In this document: piece by piece, positions 35,326 through 46,638 of the stretch
How positions within the stretch are numbered: the stretch's first letter is position 1
Layout of the letters: each line of letters begins with the position of its first letter
Virus record (IMG/VR): IMGVR_UViG_3300049456_000112
Coordinates: 1-55,624 of that record
Reading direction: 5' to 3' (one strand)
From: a virus
Lineage: Duplodnaviria > Caudoviricetes
DNA: 55,624 nt
Translations under genes and position numbers: made by a program
Notes under the pieces: model-generated
What the model was told of the DNA's origin: nothing
Databases searched by the model: none
The model's input: only the letters and a program-made list of their open reading frames with translations

Positions 35326-36642
35326 ATGGCCCAGATCAACGTCGCCAACAAAAATAACGAAAAGACCCACGAGGGCGCGCCCGCGTTCGGGCATCTGACG
35401 CCGATGCAGTCCCTGCGCCGATCGGTCATGTCCTGCCTCCTATGGGAGGACGAGTTCTACGAAGATGGGAAGACGATCGCCGATCGCATTGTCGAGACGG
35501 CGAAGGTCTGCCCGTCCGCCGATGTCGCCGCGCTCGCGATAGAGGCGCGCAAGGTCATGCACCTGCGCCATGTCCCGCTTCTTCTCCTGCGCGCCCTGGT
35601 GCGCACCGCGCCGCACCTTGTTGCGGAGACGATGCCGCGCGTGATCTCCCGCGCCGATGAGATGGGCGAGTTTCTCTCGCTCTACCTTGCGACCAACGAT
35701 GGCCGCCGGACCTTCCCGCGCCAGATGCGTCTTGGTCTCGGCCGCGCCATGGCCGGCTTCGACGAATATGCGCTCGCGAAGTACGATCGCGATGGCAAGG
35801 TGAAGCTGCGCGACGTCCTGCGCATTGCCCGGCCGAAGCCGTTTGGCCCGGAGCAGTCCGCGCTGTGGAAGCGCGCCGTCACGCGGACGCTCGCGACTCC
35901 CGACACGTGGGAGGTCGCGCTCTCTGGCGGCAAGGACAAGAAGGAGACGTTTGAGCGGCTGCTCAAGGGGCGGAAGCTCGGCTATCTCGCGCTGCTGCGC
36001 AATCTGCGCAACATGGCAGAGGCCAATGTTGACGTCGACCTGATCCGCGAGGCCATCCTGGCCCGCCGTGGCGGCGCACAGATGGTCTTCCCGTTCCGCT
36101 ATGTCGCCGCCGCGCGTGTTGCGCCGATGCACGAGCCGCAGCTCGATATCGCATTGCAGGCGGCGATTGCCGAGCTGCCGGTCCTCCCGGGCAAGACGAT
36201 TGTCCTGATCGACGTCTCCGGCTCCATGGACCATGCGATGTCCAGGAAATCGGACATGAAGCGGATCGATGCGGCGGCGGCGCTCGGGGCGATCGTCCAT
36301 GGCGACATCCGACTCTTCACGTTCTCTGATCTCCTTCGCGAGATTCCGCCACGTCACGGCATGGCCGGCGTCGATGCGATCGTGCGCTCGCAGCCGCACG
36401 GCGGCACCAACCTCGGCGCCGCCATCGCGCAAATTAACGCCAATGTGCCGGCGGATAGGCTCATCGTTGTGACCGATGAGCAGAGCCACGATGCGGTGCC
36501 GAACGCCTTCGCGAAAGGCTACATGATCAATGTTGCCAGCAACAAAAACGGTGTCGGGTACGGGAAGTGGACCCACATCGACGGCTTTTCGGAAAATGTG
36601 CTGCGCTACATCAACGAGATCGAGCGCAGCGAGGCGGCATGA
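35326..36642 (+). CDS. rsr: Ro60/Rsr TROVE-domain RNA-binding protein
   Basis: THEGAPA, LRRSVMSCLLWEDEFYEDG, AR..MHLRHVP, FDEYALAKY, PDTWEVALS, LGYLALLRNLRN, vWA DVSGSM, GGT, VTDEQ, IDGFSE. Confidence 0.93.
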   Translation: MAQINVANKNNEKTHEGAPAFGHLTPMQSLRRSVMSCLLWEDEFYEDGKTIADRIVETAKVCPSADVAALAIEARKVMHLRHVPLLLLRALVRTAPHLVAETMPRVISRADEMGEFLSLYLATNDGRRTFPRQMRLGLGRAMAGFDEYALAKYDRDGKVKLRDVLRIARPKPFGPEQSALWKRAVTRTLATPDTWEVALSGGKDKKETFERLLKGRKLGYLALLRNLRNMAEANVDVDLIREAILARRGGAQMVFPFRYVAAARVAPMHEPQLDIALQAAIAELPVLPGKTIVLIDVSGSMDHAMSRKSDMKRIDAAAALGAIVHGDIRLFTFSDLLREIPPRHGMAGVDAIVRSQPHGGTNLGAAIAQINANVPADRLIVVTDEQSHDAVPNAFAKGYMINVASNKNGVGYGKWTHIDGFSENVLRYINEIERSEAA

Positions 36643-37301
36643 TCCGCTTCATCGGCGATGTGCATGGGAAGTTCGGCAGGTACAAAACGTTGCTTGCCGA
36701 CTCTCCCTTCCCGACCATCCAGGTCGGCGATATGGGCGTTGGCTTCCGGAAATGGCCGCACGGCGAGTGGAGCGCCAACCCGCCCTATGACCAGATGAAG
36801 GCCGGCGGCCACCGCTTCATTCGTGGCAACCACGACAATCCCGAGGTCTGCGCGATGCACTCGCAATGGATACCGGATGGCACCGTCGAGGGCGACATGA
36901 TGTTCATCGGCGGCGCGCTCTCGATCGACCGCGCCTATCGATACGAGGACTTCTCCTGGTGGCCGGATGAGGAACTGTCGCAGCAGCGCCTCGATGCGCT
37001 CGTCCATGAGTTTGCGATCGTAAGGCCCAAGATCATGGTGACTCACGAATGTCCGGAGAGCATCGCGGAGATGATCGTTGGTGACATCACCGATCTACGC
37101 GATGGCAAGAAGATGAAGATGGACCCGCGCCATGCTTCACGGACCCGGGTTGCGTTCCAGACGATGTTCGAGGCGCATCAGCCCAAGCTCTGGATATTCG
37201 GGCATTGGCATGTGCCGTTCGGCAGTGTCATAAATGGGACACGCTTCATCTGCCTGCCGGAACTCGCCCATATGGACATCGATCCGGAGCATTTGCCTTG
37301 A
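36639..37301 (+). CDS. Calcineurin-like metallophosphoesterase
   Basis: IGDVHG, QVGDMG, IRGNHD, GGALSID, VTHECP, FGHWH; ATGA overlap with rsr. Confidence 0.92.
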   Translation: MIRFIGDVHGKFGRYKTLLADSPFPTIQVGDMGVGFRKWPHGEWSANPPYDQMKAGGHRFIRGNHDNPEVCAMHSQWIPDGTVEGDMMFIGGALSIDRAYRYEDFSWWPDEELSQQRLDALVHEFAIVRPKIMVTHECPESIAEMIVGDITDLRDGKKMKMDPRHASRTRVAFQTMFEAHQPKLWIFGHWHVPFGSVINGTRFICLPELAHMDIDPEHLP

Positions 37302-37326
37302 CATTTCCCGTGTTAATACGGGAAAT
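37298..37326 (+). promoter_or_regulatory. TTGACA overlapping a 9-bp inverted repeat
   Basis: TTGACA at 37298; ATTTCCCGT-GTTAAT-ACGGGAAAT at 37303-37326. Confidence 0.45.
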
Positions 37327-37360
37327 ACAACCTCCCGCTGCCGAAAGAGAGGTGATTCGA

Positions 37361-37480
37361 TTGCTTTGGCAAGAGCATTTACGAATGGTAGGCGTGGCGT
37401 TTTGTAAGGGGCTCGTAATTCTAAGCGTTGATCTTGTGGTGTTTGCGTTAATCCTTTTTATCCTACTGCTGCTCGCCTGA
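37361..37480 (+). CDS. 39-aa hydrophobic membrane peptide
   Basis: GAGGTG SD, TTG start, LVILSVDLVVFALILFILLLLA; followed by a hairpin at about 37482-37511. Confidence 0.45.
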   Translation: MLWQEHLRMVGVAFCKGLVILSVDLVVFALILFILLLLA

Positions 37481-37769
37481 AGGTTCCCGAGGGGCCACCC
37501 TCTCGGGGACCATCATGCGAATTGACGAAGCCGAAAGACTGGAATTTACTGCAAATGGCCTGCAGGAAAGGGAAAACCTGATGCAATATAAATATCGTAA
37601 GAGATCGGCCTACGAGAGCATAGAGATCAAGCGAGATGCCGATGCATCAAGAAGGCGCCGCGAGGCCGCAGCGGCCCGGCCCGGCTGCAAGACGGTCAGC
37701 CCGGTCTGTAATGGGCAGGGCCACGCAGGGACCGGCTTCGTCGAAGGACGTGTCCAAAACGAGACAGCT

Positions 37770-37844
37770 ATCGGTGTAAGATAACGGTAGTCGGCCGGTC
37801 TCCAAAACCGTGCAGTGCAGGTTCGAATCCTGCCACCCTTGCCA
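37770..37844 (+). tRNA. trnW: tRNA-Trp(CCA), possibly degenerate
   Basis: CGGT-CTCCAAA-ACCG anticodon arm, GCAGG-TTCGAAT-CCTGC T arm, encoded GCCA end; acceptor stem ATCGGTG/CACCCTT has two mismatches. Confidence 0.75.
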
Positions 37845-37909
37845 ACGAGGTAGGACCGGCGGCCTGCGCGCCGTGCGAGGTCCGCAGCCGGGGCAGCATA
37901 CCGGCGCCT

Positions 37910-38248
37910 CTACATCAACTCGATCAGCTTGCGCGCCCGCCCACGGTGTACCTCGCGCTGCTCCTCGGTATAGAACCGCTCATCGTCCCAGGCGCCGCCA
38001 TTGTAGGTCTCGGCCATGAACTTGGCGACGCGCTCAACATCGGCGGTCTCGCGCCCCTCCCAAAGCTTACTGAGCGCATCCGCAAGCAGGTTGCAGCGCT
38101 CGTTCGCGTCCCGATTGCGGGGCTCGCTCAGGCAGAGGAGCGCAAACTGCATGCCGCCAGGGCCGCTGAGGGTGACCCGATTGGTGTCCGGGTTGGGATG
38201 ATAGCTCAGTAATGTTTTCGTGCAGTAAAATGCTGGCAGTTTGCTCAT
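37910..38248 (-). CDS. Hypothetical protein
   Basis: Coupled to pseI stop. Confidence 0.6.
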   Translation of the reverse strand: MSKLPAFYCTKTLLSYHPNPDTNRVTLSGPGGMQFALLCLSEPRNRDANERCNLLADALSKLWEGRETADVERVAKFMAETYNGGAWDDERFYTEEQREVHRGRARKLIELM

Positions 38249-39279
38249 GATGCGATCATCTCAAATGTCATTGGTTCGCCACGCGCGATATCGCGAGCCG
38301 CGCTCTTGCCAAGGAACATGTCAATCGCCGATGGGCGGGCGCCGTGTCCTGGCCGAATAGAGCGCACGGTCTCTTTCGTAAATACCTCGCCGGCCGCTAT
38401 GTCGGCAACGGCAAAAAGGCTCCGTCGCAGGGCTCTGTGGACATCTTCCGCAACGTGCTCTGGCGGCGGCTGCATCGCGGCCCAGGTGTCGTAAACACTC
38501 TCGGCCATGTTGGGAAATGACGTGTCATCGAGCGAGAATGCCGAGTCCTCGGTTTCCGGATGATGAAACGCGCGGAAATGCTTCTCTATAATGCAGGCAC
38601 CGAGCGCCGTGGCTGCGATCGGGATCAACGTGCCGCTGCTGTGATCGGAGAGGCCATCGATGAAGCCATACTTCACGCCGAACTTCAATCGCAAAAGGTT
38701 GGCCTCGTTGAACGGTGTCGGATAGGCCGAAACGCAGTGGAGCATGGCGTGCTGATTGAACCGGTGCGGCTCCAACGCCCGCGCGGCCTCGTTGATCTCG
38801 GCCCCGCTTGCCATGCCGGTGCTTAAAATGACCGGCACGCCGAGGCCGGCGGCATAGGCGATGAGCGGCGTATCGGTGATCTCAAAGGATGCGATCTTGA
38901 CGGCCGGCGCAGAAAGCTCGCGCATCAGATCGACCGAGGTCTCGTCGAAGACCGAGGCAAACCATGTGATGCCGACCTCTTCGGCCTTCTCCTTGATCTT
39001 CGGAAACCAGTCGAACGGCGTTTGCGTCAGGGAATAGAGTTCAAACAGGTTGCGGCCCTTCCACGGCCCCTCCCAAATGAAGAACTCGTCCCTGTCGCAA
39101 TTCAGGGTAATCGTCTCCGGCGTCACTGCCTGAAATTTAACCGCCTCGGCACCGCAGAGCTTCGCAAGCTCGATCAACTCCAATGCGCGATCGAGACTTC
39201 CGCCATGGTTACACGAGATTTCCGCGATGATGTAGGGCGGATGACGGTACCCGATCTCTCGTCCGGCGATGTTCATCAA
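38245..39279 (-). CDS. pseI: Nonulosonate synthase (PseI/NeuB family) with SAF domain
   Basis: PYIIAEISCNHGGS..RA, AVKFQ, KIASFEITD.PLI, ILSTGMA, LHCVSAYP, GLSDHS, IIEKHF, RRSLF..DI..GE, RSIRPG.G. Confidence 0.9.
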   Translation of the reverse strand: MMNIAGREIGYRHPPYIIAEISCNHGGSLDRALELIELAKLCGAEAVKFQAVTPETITLNCDRDEFFIWEGPWKGRNLFELYSLTQTPFDWFPKIKEKAEEVGITWFASVFDETSVDLMRELSAPAVKIASFEITDTPLIAYAAGLGVPVILSTGMASGAEINEAARALEPHRFNQHAMLHCVSAYPTPFNEANLLRLKFGVKYGFIDGLSDHSSGTLIPIAATALGACIIEKHFRAFHHPETEDSAFSLDDTSFPNMAESVYDTWAAMQPPPEHVAEDVHRALRRSLFAVADIAAGEVFTKETVRSIRPGHGARPSAIDMFLGKSAARDIARGEPMTFEMIAS

Positions 39280-39449
39280 AGCTGCTCCAGAAGAAGTTCG
39301 GCCAGACGCTTGGCCAGATGGTAGATATCGATGCTCTTGAGATCGTCCGGGACAGAGAGCATGGCCACCTTATGACCGAACGTCTTTTCCGCCTCCGGCG
39401 ACATGATGATGTTGTCCCGAGGGTCGTAAATCACATGGATTTTCGGCAT
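39276..39449 (-). CDS. Hypothetical 57-aa protein (not in ORF track)
   Basis: MPKIHVIYDPRD...LAELLLEQL; abuts both neighbours. Confidence 0.55.
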   Translation of the reverse strand: MPKIHVIYDPRDNIIMSPEAEKTFGHKVAMLSVPDDLKSIDIYHLAKRLAELLLEQL

Positions 39450-40571
39450 TCATAGCACCTCCTCCGCAGCCTTCTTGAACGCATCCCCGATCATTTTGAT
39501 CTGCGCGTCGGTCGGGCTCCAGGCGCAGTTTTCGAAATAGAAGAGCCGGTTATCATGCAGGTCCTCGGCCACAGGGCAGGCCCGCGCGTGCTTCTTGAAC
39601 GGCGCATTGCGATAGAGCGGCGCCTGATATCCTTCGACAATCGGCACGCCGGCCGCGCGCAGGTTCGCGCAGAAGAATCGGCGTCGCTTCTCAATCAGGA
39701 ACGGGATGGTGTAATACACGTGCGTGCAGCCCCGTTTGACAATCGGCGGGCGGATGCCGGGGATGTCGCCGATCGCCGAGATGATGGCCTCGGCCTGCGC
39801 AATGCGCCCGTTGATGATCTCCCGGCCGCGAGAAAGCTGAACCAGAGCAATCGCCGCGCAGACCTCTGGCATGCGCAGGTTCAATCCAAGCTCGCCGCCG
39901 ATCTCGCCGTGGTTGATGAAGTCTCGCATGGCCATGGCGAGATGCTCATCGTCCGTCGTTATCATCCCGCCTTCGCCGCACTGGATCGGCTTGTGCACAT
40001 TGAGCGACCAGACGCCGATCGTGCCCATGGTACCGACATGGCGGCCATGGGCCATGGCAAACGGCGACTGCGCATTGTCCTCGATCAGATAGACCGGGTT
40101 GCGGCGGCCCAAGCTCCATTCATTTCTGCCGAGATCGCAGGGATGGCCGAACAGGTTGGTGCTAAAAATCGCCCGCGTGCTCTCCGGCATTGGCGGGCAG
40201 ACGAGGCCGAACGTCTCATCTTCGACATCGACGAAGAATGGCGTCGCCTTCGTAAACATCGGCGCGGCAGCCGTGGCGCTCATGGTCATCGCGGAGACGG
40301 CAAATCTGTCGCCGAATCCGAGATCGATGGCAAAGGCGGCGGCCAGGAGGCCCGAGGTTGCGCTATTGCAGGCGATGGCGTGCGCCACATCGAAGGTTTC
40401 GCACCAAGCAGATTCGAGCGCGCGTACATATGTGCCGCCATCGAATTTGCCGGCGAGATAGCCGGAGAGCGGGGCATGGCCGCTGGTACACATCGCCAAG
40501 GCGGTAAGGTTGCCGACCATATTCCGCTCTTCAAGGCCGATTCCATTGAACGGCAGGATTGGCCCCATCAT
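39450..40571 (-). CDS. DegT/DnrJ/EryC1/StrS sugar aminotransferase (PseC-like)
   Basis: AIACNSATSGL, NLFGHP, LIEDNAQ, WSLNVHKPIQCGEGGM, GLNLRM. Confidence 0.92.
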   Translation of the reverse strand: MMGPILPFNGIGLEERNMVGNLTALAMCTSGHAPLSGYLAGKFDGGTYVRALESAWCETFDVAHAIACNSATSGLLAAAFAIDLGFGDRFAVSAMTMSATAAAPMFTKATPFFVDVEDETFGLVCPPMPESTRAIFSTNLFGHPCDLGRNEWSLGRRNPVYLIEDNAQSPFAMAHGRHVGTMGTIGVWSLNVHKPIQCGEGGMITTDDEHLAMAMRDFINHGEIGGELGLNLRMPEVCAAIALVQLSRGREIINGRIAQAEAIISAIGDIPGIRPPIVKRGCTHVYYTIPFLIEKRRRFFCANLRAAGVPIVEGYQAPLYRNAPFKKHARACPVAEDLHDNRLFYFENCAWSPTDAQIKMIGDAFKKAAEEVL

Positions 40572-40747
40572 TTCAGCACACAGAAAGCACGTATTTTGCT
40601 GTCTGAGATTTCCCATGCCCTTGCCTGCGCACGCATGACATCCGCCGCCTTCTCGCAGCGATCGACGCTTGTAAATTCCGTCACCGAGATGATGGGGCCG
40701 GACACGTACCCGCCCATCCAGGTCATCACGAATAGGACCGCAATCAT
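40568..40747 (-). CDS. Small secreted/membrane protein (59 aa, not in ORF track)
   Basis: MIAVLFVMTW...EFTSVDRCEKAA...AFCVLK; coupled both sides. Confidence 0.55.
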   Translation of the reverse strand: MIAVLFVMTWMGGYVSGPIISVTEFTSVDRCEKAADVMRAQARAWEISDSKIRAFCVLK

Positions 40748-41199
40748 GGTGCTGCTTCCTTGCGATAGTAGACAAACTGGTCGTCGCCGCCGGGCATCCT
40801 ACGGAAGCCGCAGCGCTCAAACACTCGGCGCGAGGGATCGTTGTGCGTTCTAATGGTCGCCTTCAGGGTAAACTCCGACATCAGCGCGCAGGCATCGTCC
40901 AAAATGGTCGCCGCGAGTCCCTTGCCGCGCCATCGCGGCGCGAGCGTTATGGAGACCTCGTAAACCATGACATCATCCCGCGCCGCGTCGAAGCGGACGA
41001 CGCCATAATTGCCGTAATCGCTCTCGGCAATGAGGACCCGGTGCTGCGGGTAGCCGTTCTGGACGTTGAACTGCATCCAATGGTCATGGTTTTCGCGCAG
41101 GACAGGAAGCGTGCTTCTAAACGCCGCCCGTGTCACCGGATCGTTGCGCCAGGAGAAAAGCTCGTCGGAATCGCGCATGGTGGCAGGACGGAGCTGCAT
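40744..41199 (-). CDS. GNAT N-acetyltransferase (PseH-like)
   Basis: LRPAT..D...LFSWRNDP.TR, GVVRFD, EVSI.LAP.WRGKGLA, N.PS.RVFE.CGF. Confidence 0.85.
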   Translation of the reverse strand: MQLRPATMRDSDELFSWRNDPVTRAAFRSTLPVLRENHDHWMQFNVQNGYPQHRVLIAESDYGNYGVVRFDAARDDVMVYEVSITLAPRWRGKGLAATILDDACALMSEFTLKATIRTHNDPSRRVFERCGFRRMPGGDDQFVYYRKEAAP

Positions 41200-41870
41200 C
41201 AGCGGACAATGCTCCGCATGGTCATGAAGGCCTCGGCGGCATGGACGCCGCAGGCAAAACCGCGCGATTCCATGAGTGCGGTGACCGCATCATAGCATCG
41301 GGCGTGCGGCCGACGGCGCATCTCGGTATCGTAGCATTGCAGGGCCTCGAATTTCTTTCCGCGCGCCGTCTTTTCACCGGCCATAACATCGATGTCCACG
41401 AAGTGGTTCGGCACAAAGCCGCAGCCCCATTCGGTCGAGGACAGAACCTCAAAGGCATAGATCGCCTTGACGGCGCTCCCTGGCAGCGGCCGGAACGCGG
41501 TCATCACGGCGCGGTTGACGATCTGGTGATCGAGATTGAGATCGCCGGCATGGTGGGTATAGACGATTGTCGGGATGACCGAGAGGGCATGCAGCTCGAT
41601 CAGTTTGGTGATGTCCAAGAGTGCGAGCTGGTCCAACCTTTGGTCACTAAAATCGAGAAAGACCGGCGGCTTGGCGCCGAGCAGCTTAGCCGCCTCGTAT
41701 GCCATGAAATTCCGGTTCGGCCGCGCCTTCATGCCGCGCGCGGTCTCGCCATCGGCGACGAAGAGCAGATGCACGTCATCACCCTCGGCGACATGCCGGG
41801 CGATGGTGCCGCCGCAGCCGAGAACCTCGTCATCTGGGTGGGCGGCAACGATAAGGACGCGCTCGGTCAT
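41199..41870 (-). CDS. PIG-L/LmbE family deacetylase
   Basis: VLIVAAHPDDEVLGCGGTI, YTHHAGDLNLDH, FEVLSSTEW, AEAF. Confidence 0.93.
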   Translation of the reverse strand: MTERVLIVAAHPDDEVLGCGGTIARHVAEGDDVHLLFVADGETARGMKARPNRNFMAYEAAKLLGAKPPVFLDFSDQRLDQLALLDITKLIELHALSVIPTIVYTHHAGDLNLDHQIVNRAVMTAFRPLPGSAVKAIYAFEVLSSTEWGCGFVPNHFVDIDVMAGEKTARGKKFEALQCYDTEMRRRPHARCYDAVTALMESRGFACGVHAAEAFMTMRSIVR

Positions 41871-42064
41871 TGCCTCGGTCCCCCCAGGAAATGCCGCGAC
41901 AGCTTCCCTAGGTAATAGAGGGCGATCAGACCGATACCAAAGGCAAGCCAGCCATAAGGCGCCGTCCAGATGTAGCCGATCGCGAAAGATGCGATGACCA
42001 GACCGACGATGATGCCACATCCATCGGCGTCGACCTCGCTCCCTTCGTCTCTCTCATCGCTCAC
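41867..42064 (-). CDS. Small 2-TM protein
   Basis: Two hydrophobic segments; coupled in operon. Confidence 0.55.
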   Translation of the reverse strand: MSDERDEGSEVDADGCGIIVGLVIASFAIGYIWTAPYGWLAFGIGLIALYYLGKLSRHFLGGPRQ

Positions 42065-42945
42065 ACCCGCTCCTCCACGTAATATCGTCGTACCATGATC
42101 TCCTCCACCCTTTCCGGTGCCACGAACGGCAGGCCCAAGGAGAGTCGGATCGTCGCATCCAGGATGTCGAACCCGGCCATTACCGTGAACATGCAGCTTC
42201 CGCTCAATCGGGGGTTTAGCTCGATGACGAAGAGATCGCCGGTCTCGCGCTCCCTGATGACCTGGATGTTGATCGGCCCCCGGAAAGCAAACAATTTAAC
42301 AATTTGTTTTGCAAGGTCGATGATTTCCTCGTCCATGGATACCTGTCCAATAATGGACACCCCCTTGGCCGCGATTCGCATGCGCGGCACCGCGAACAGG
42401 AAGCCGCCGCCCATGTCGGTAAGGACATCGACGGTGTATTCCATCCCGTCGATGAACTCCTGAACGAGGTAATTGCCGCTCTCGCGCAGCCGGATCGCGG
42501 TCATCGCGTCCCTGGTCCGGAAAATGCCTTTGCCGCCGCGCCCAAACTCCGGCTTCACGATCAGGTCGCCGTCGATGGTCGCGCGGGGCACGGTGATGTC
42601 ATGCTCGCGCAGGATACGATGCTGGACAATCTTGTTCGTGAAGTCGCTGAGCGCCCCTTGCCTTGAGCAGATGGTCTTGTCCGGGATGCCATAGCTTGGA
42701 TTTGCGAAAATCCGCAGCTCCTCGTCGAGAAACGGCAGGTAGAGATCATAATCGATCGTCTGAAGATAATTGGAGTAGCGCCAGGACTCTTCGACCGGCG
42801 GCGATTGATAGAACACGTTGCATATGCGCGCTCCCGCGCCGTGCTTCTGCCGATCATGCCCGATCACGTAATGCCCGAGCTTCTGCAAATGCCGGATGAT
42901 GCCCGGCGCCACGGCGCTGCCGGCCGCTGACATCATGATGCGCAT
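42061..42945 (-). CDS. ATP-grasp protein
   Basis: IVKPEFGRGGKG, LVQEFIDGMEYTVD, GPINIQ, IELNPRLSG. Confidence 0.9.
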   Translation of the reverse strand: MRIMMSAAGSAVAPGIIRHLQKLGHYVIGHDRQKHGAGARICNVFYQSPPVEESWRYSNYLQTIDYDLYLPFLDEELRIFANPSYGIPDKTICSRQGALSDFTNKIVQHRILREHDITVPRATIDGDLIVKPEFGRGGKGIFRTRDAMTAIRLRESGNYLVQEFIDGMEYTVDVLTDMGGGFLFAVPRMRIAAKGVSIIGQVSMDEEIIDLAKQIVKLFAFRGPINIQVIRERETGDLFVIELNPRLSGSCMFTVMAGFDILDATIRLSLGLPFVAPERVEEIMVRRYYVEERV

Positions 42946-43792
42946 AGGATCGCCTTCAGCTCGTCAACCGACATGCGCCGAGCCTTGTCGCTGCTATTTC
43001 CCTCGGCCATGCTCTCGTGCAGCTTCTCCCACGCCGGGAGTCCGATGATCTTCATCTTGACCCCCATGGCATCGGCGAGATCGCCGAGACGATAGGCCGG
43101 GAGCGTCGGGATGATGGTCTCGCCGCCGAACATGCCATAGGTGGTCTCCGATACCAGGGAGACGGCCTCAGCCATCGTCATGTAGAAGCGCGTGCACTCC
43201 GGATCGGTTACCGGAACCATGGCGCCTCCGGCGAGCATCTTGCGCCACGTCGGGACCACCGAGCCGGTGCTATTCCAGACATTCCCATAGCGGACGACCG
43301 CAAAGATCGGACCGTTGTTGCCGCGCGTGTTGTTGGCGGCCAGGAAGAGCGACTCAGCAAACGCCTTGCTCGTCCCGTAGGGGCTGACCGGCTGGAACGC
43401 CTTGTCGGACGAGAGCGCGACGACCCTGCCGACGCCGGCATCGGTTGCGGCCTCGATCACGTTGGCGGCGCCGTCGATGTTGGTCTTCTTGACCTCAAGC
43501 GGGTTGTAGGCGCCGACCTCTATCCGCTTCAGCGCGGCGGCGTGAATGACAACGCCGATGCCCTCCATGGCCCGGCGCAGGCGATCCCGATCGCGGACGT
43601 CGCCGATAAAGAAGCGAAGCCGAGGATCATTGCCGAGTTCGCGCGCCATCTCGGCCTGCCTATGCTCGCCTCTGGAAAAGATAACGACTCGGGTGCCGAG
43701 GTTGCTCTGCAGCAGAAACTTGGCATATGCCGTACCGAACGCGCCAGAGCCACCCGTGATCAGGACCGAGCCGTAGGTCCCATCGCACTTGA

Positions 43793-43796
<4 letters not shown>
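42933..43796 (-). CDS. pseB: UDP-GlcNAc 4,6-dehydratase (PseB/FlaA1-like)
   Basis: ITGGSGAFG, LRFFIGDVRD, IHAAALK, YNP.E..KTNIDGA.NV, LSSDKA..P...YG.SK, VRYGNV..STGSVVP. Confidence 0.88.
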
Positions 43797-45789
<1,993 letters not shown>

Positions 45790-45793
<4 letters not shown>

Positions 45794-46638
45794 AGACCGG
45801 CCTTCTTTCTGACATCGAGCAAAAGGGAGAGCGTTGCGAGGCCGTCCTGGCCGCTCGCGCCATGCGCCCCCTTGCCCTCGGTGCGATCGATGAATGCGCG
45901 CATCTCGGCGAAGTAGTCGTCGTCATAACTGCCGCCATATCGCCATGTGCTAACGGCACCTTCGCGGTAAAAACTGGTTATCAATCGACTCGGCAGATCG
46001 ACCAGAGTGTTGCCGCCATCCCGGCCAACCCAGAACTGACGAACCTCAACCGGTGTGATGAAGTCGAGATGGAATGATGAGCGCACGCCGCTCTCATGCT
46101 GCAGGACGAAGTCCGCGCTGGTGTCATAGGCGGTTGTCGCGGCCACAACGGACGCCGGCCCGAACAGATACAGGGCGAGATCAACCTCGTGTGAGCCCGT
46201 GTTCAGGATGACGCCATCGCCGAGAATGCCGGGCTTGGTTGTCGTCGTCGCGCATATGAAGTGAGCCCACAGCGTTGTTGATACCGATCTTTTCACTTCC
46301 GCGATGCAGGGATGAAAGCGCAGGTTGTTGCCCATCATGATGACGAGCTTCTTCTCCTCGGCCGCCTTGAGCAGGGCAGGAAGCATGCCGATCGAGGTCG
46401 AGATCGGCTTTTCAATCAGGGCATGTTTGCCGCGCTCTATGCAGGCGCGCAGCGGCCCCTCGTGATACGGCGACGGCGTCGCGATCACCACGGCATCGCA
46501 CATGTCATAGATCAGGCGCTCCAAACCGACATCGCGGCGCAGCAACGGGTCATAAACCAGCACATCATGGCTGAGCTTCAGCGCATTCGCCGCGTGGCGC
46601 TGCCCGATCGAGCCGTATCCGACGACGCCGATCTTCAT
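45790..46638 (-). CDS. Gfo/Idh/MocA oxidoreductase
   Basis: IGVVGYGSIGQRH, DAVVIATP, LIEKP, NLRFHP, SHEVD. Confidence 0.9.

Noticed and set aside
34855-35429. ORFs across the Y RNA array, and calling 35177-35244 or 34904-34977 ordinary tRNA genes
   Set aside because: The region is explained by structured RNAs. The tRNA parts are permuted, lack a linear acceptor 3' strand and are nested inside Y-type stems.
35440-36576. 378-aa minus-strand ORF (likewise 39555..40853, 43017..43895 and 44351..45355 on plus)
   Set aside because: Shadow ORFs opposite well-supported enzymes; no motifs or SD.
37515-37784. 89-aa ORF before tRNA-Trp
   Set aside because: It runs into the tRNA, has no clear SD or motif, and the region could equally be structured RNA; left uncalled.
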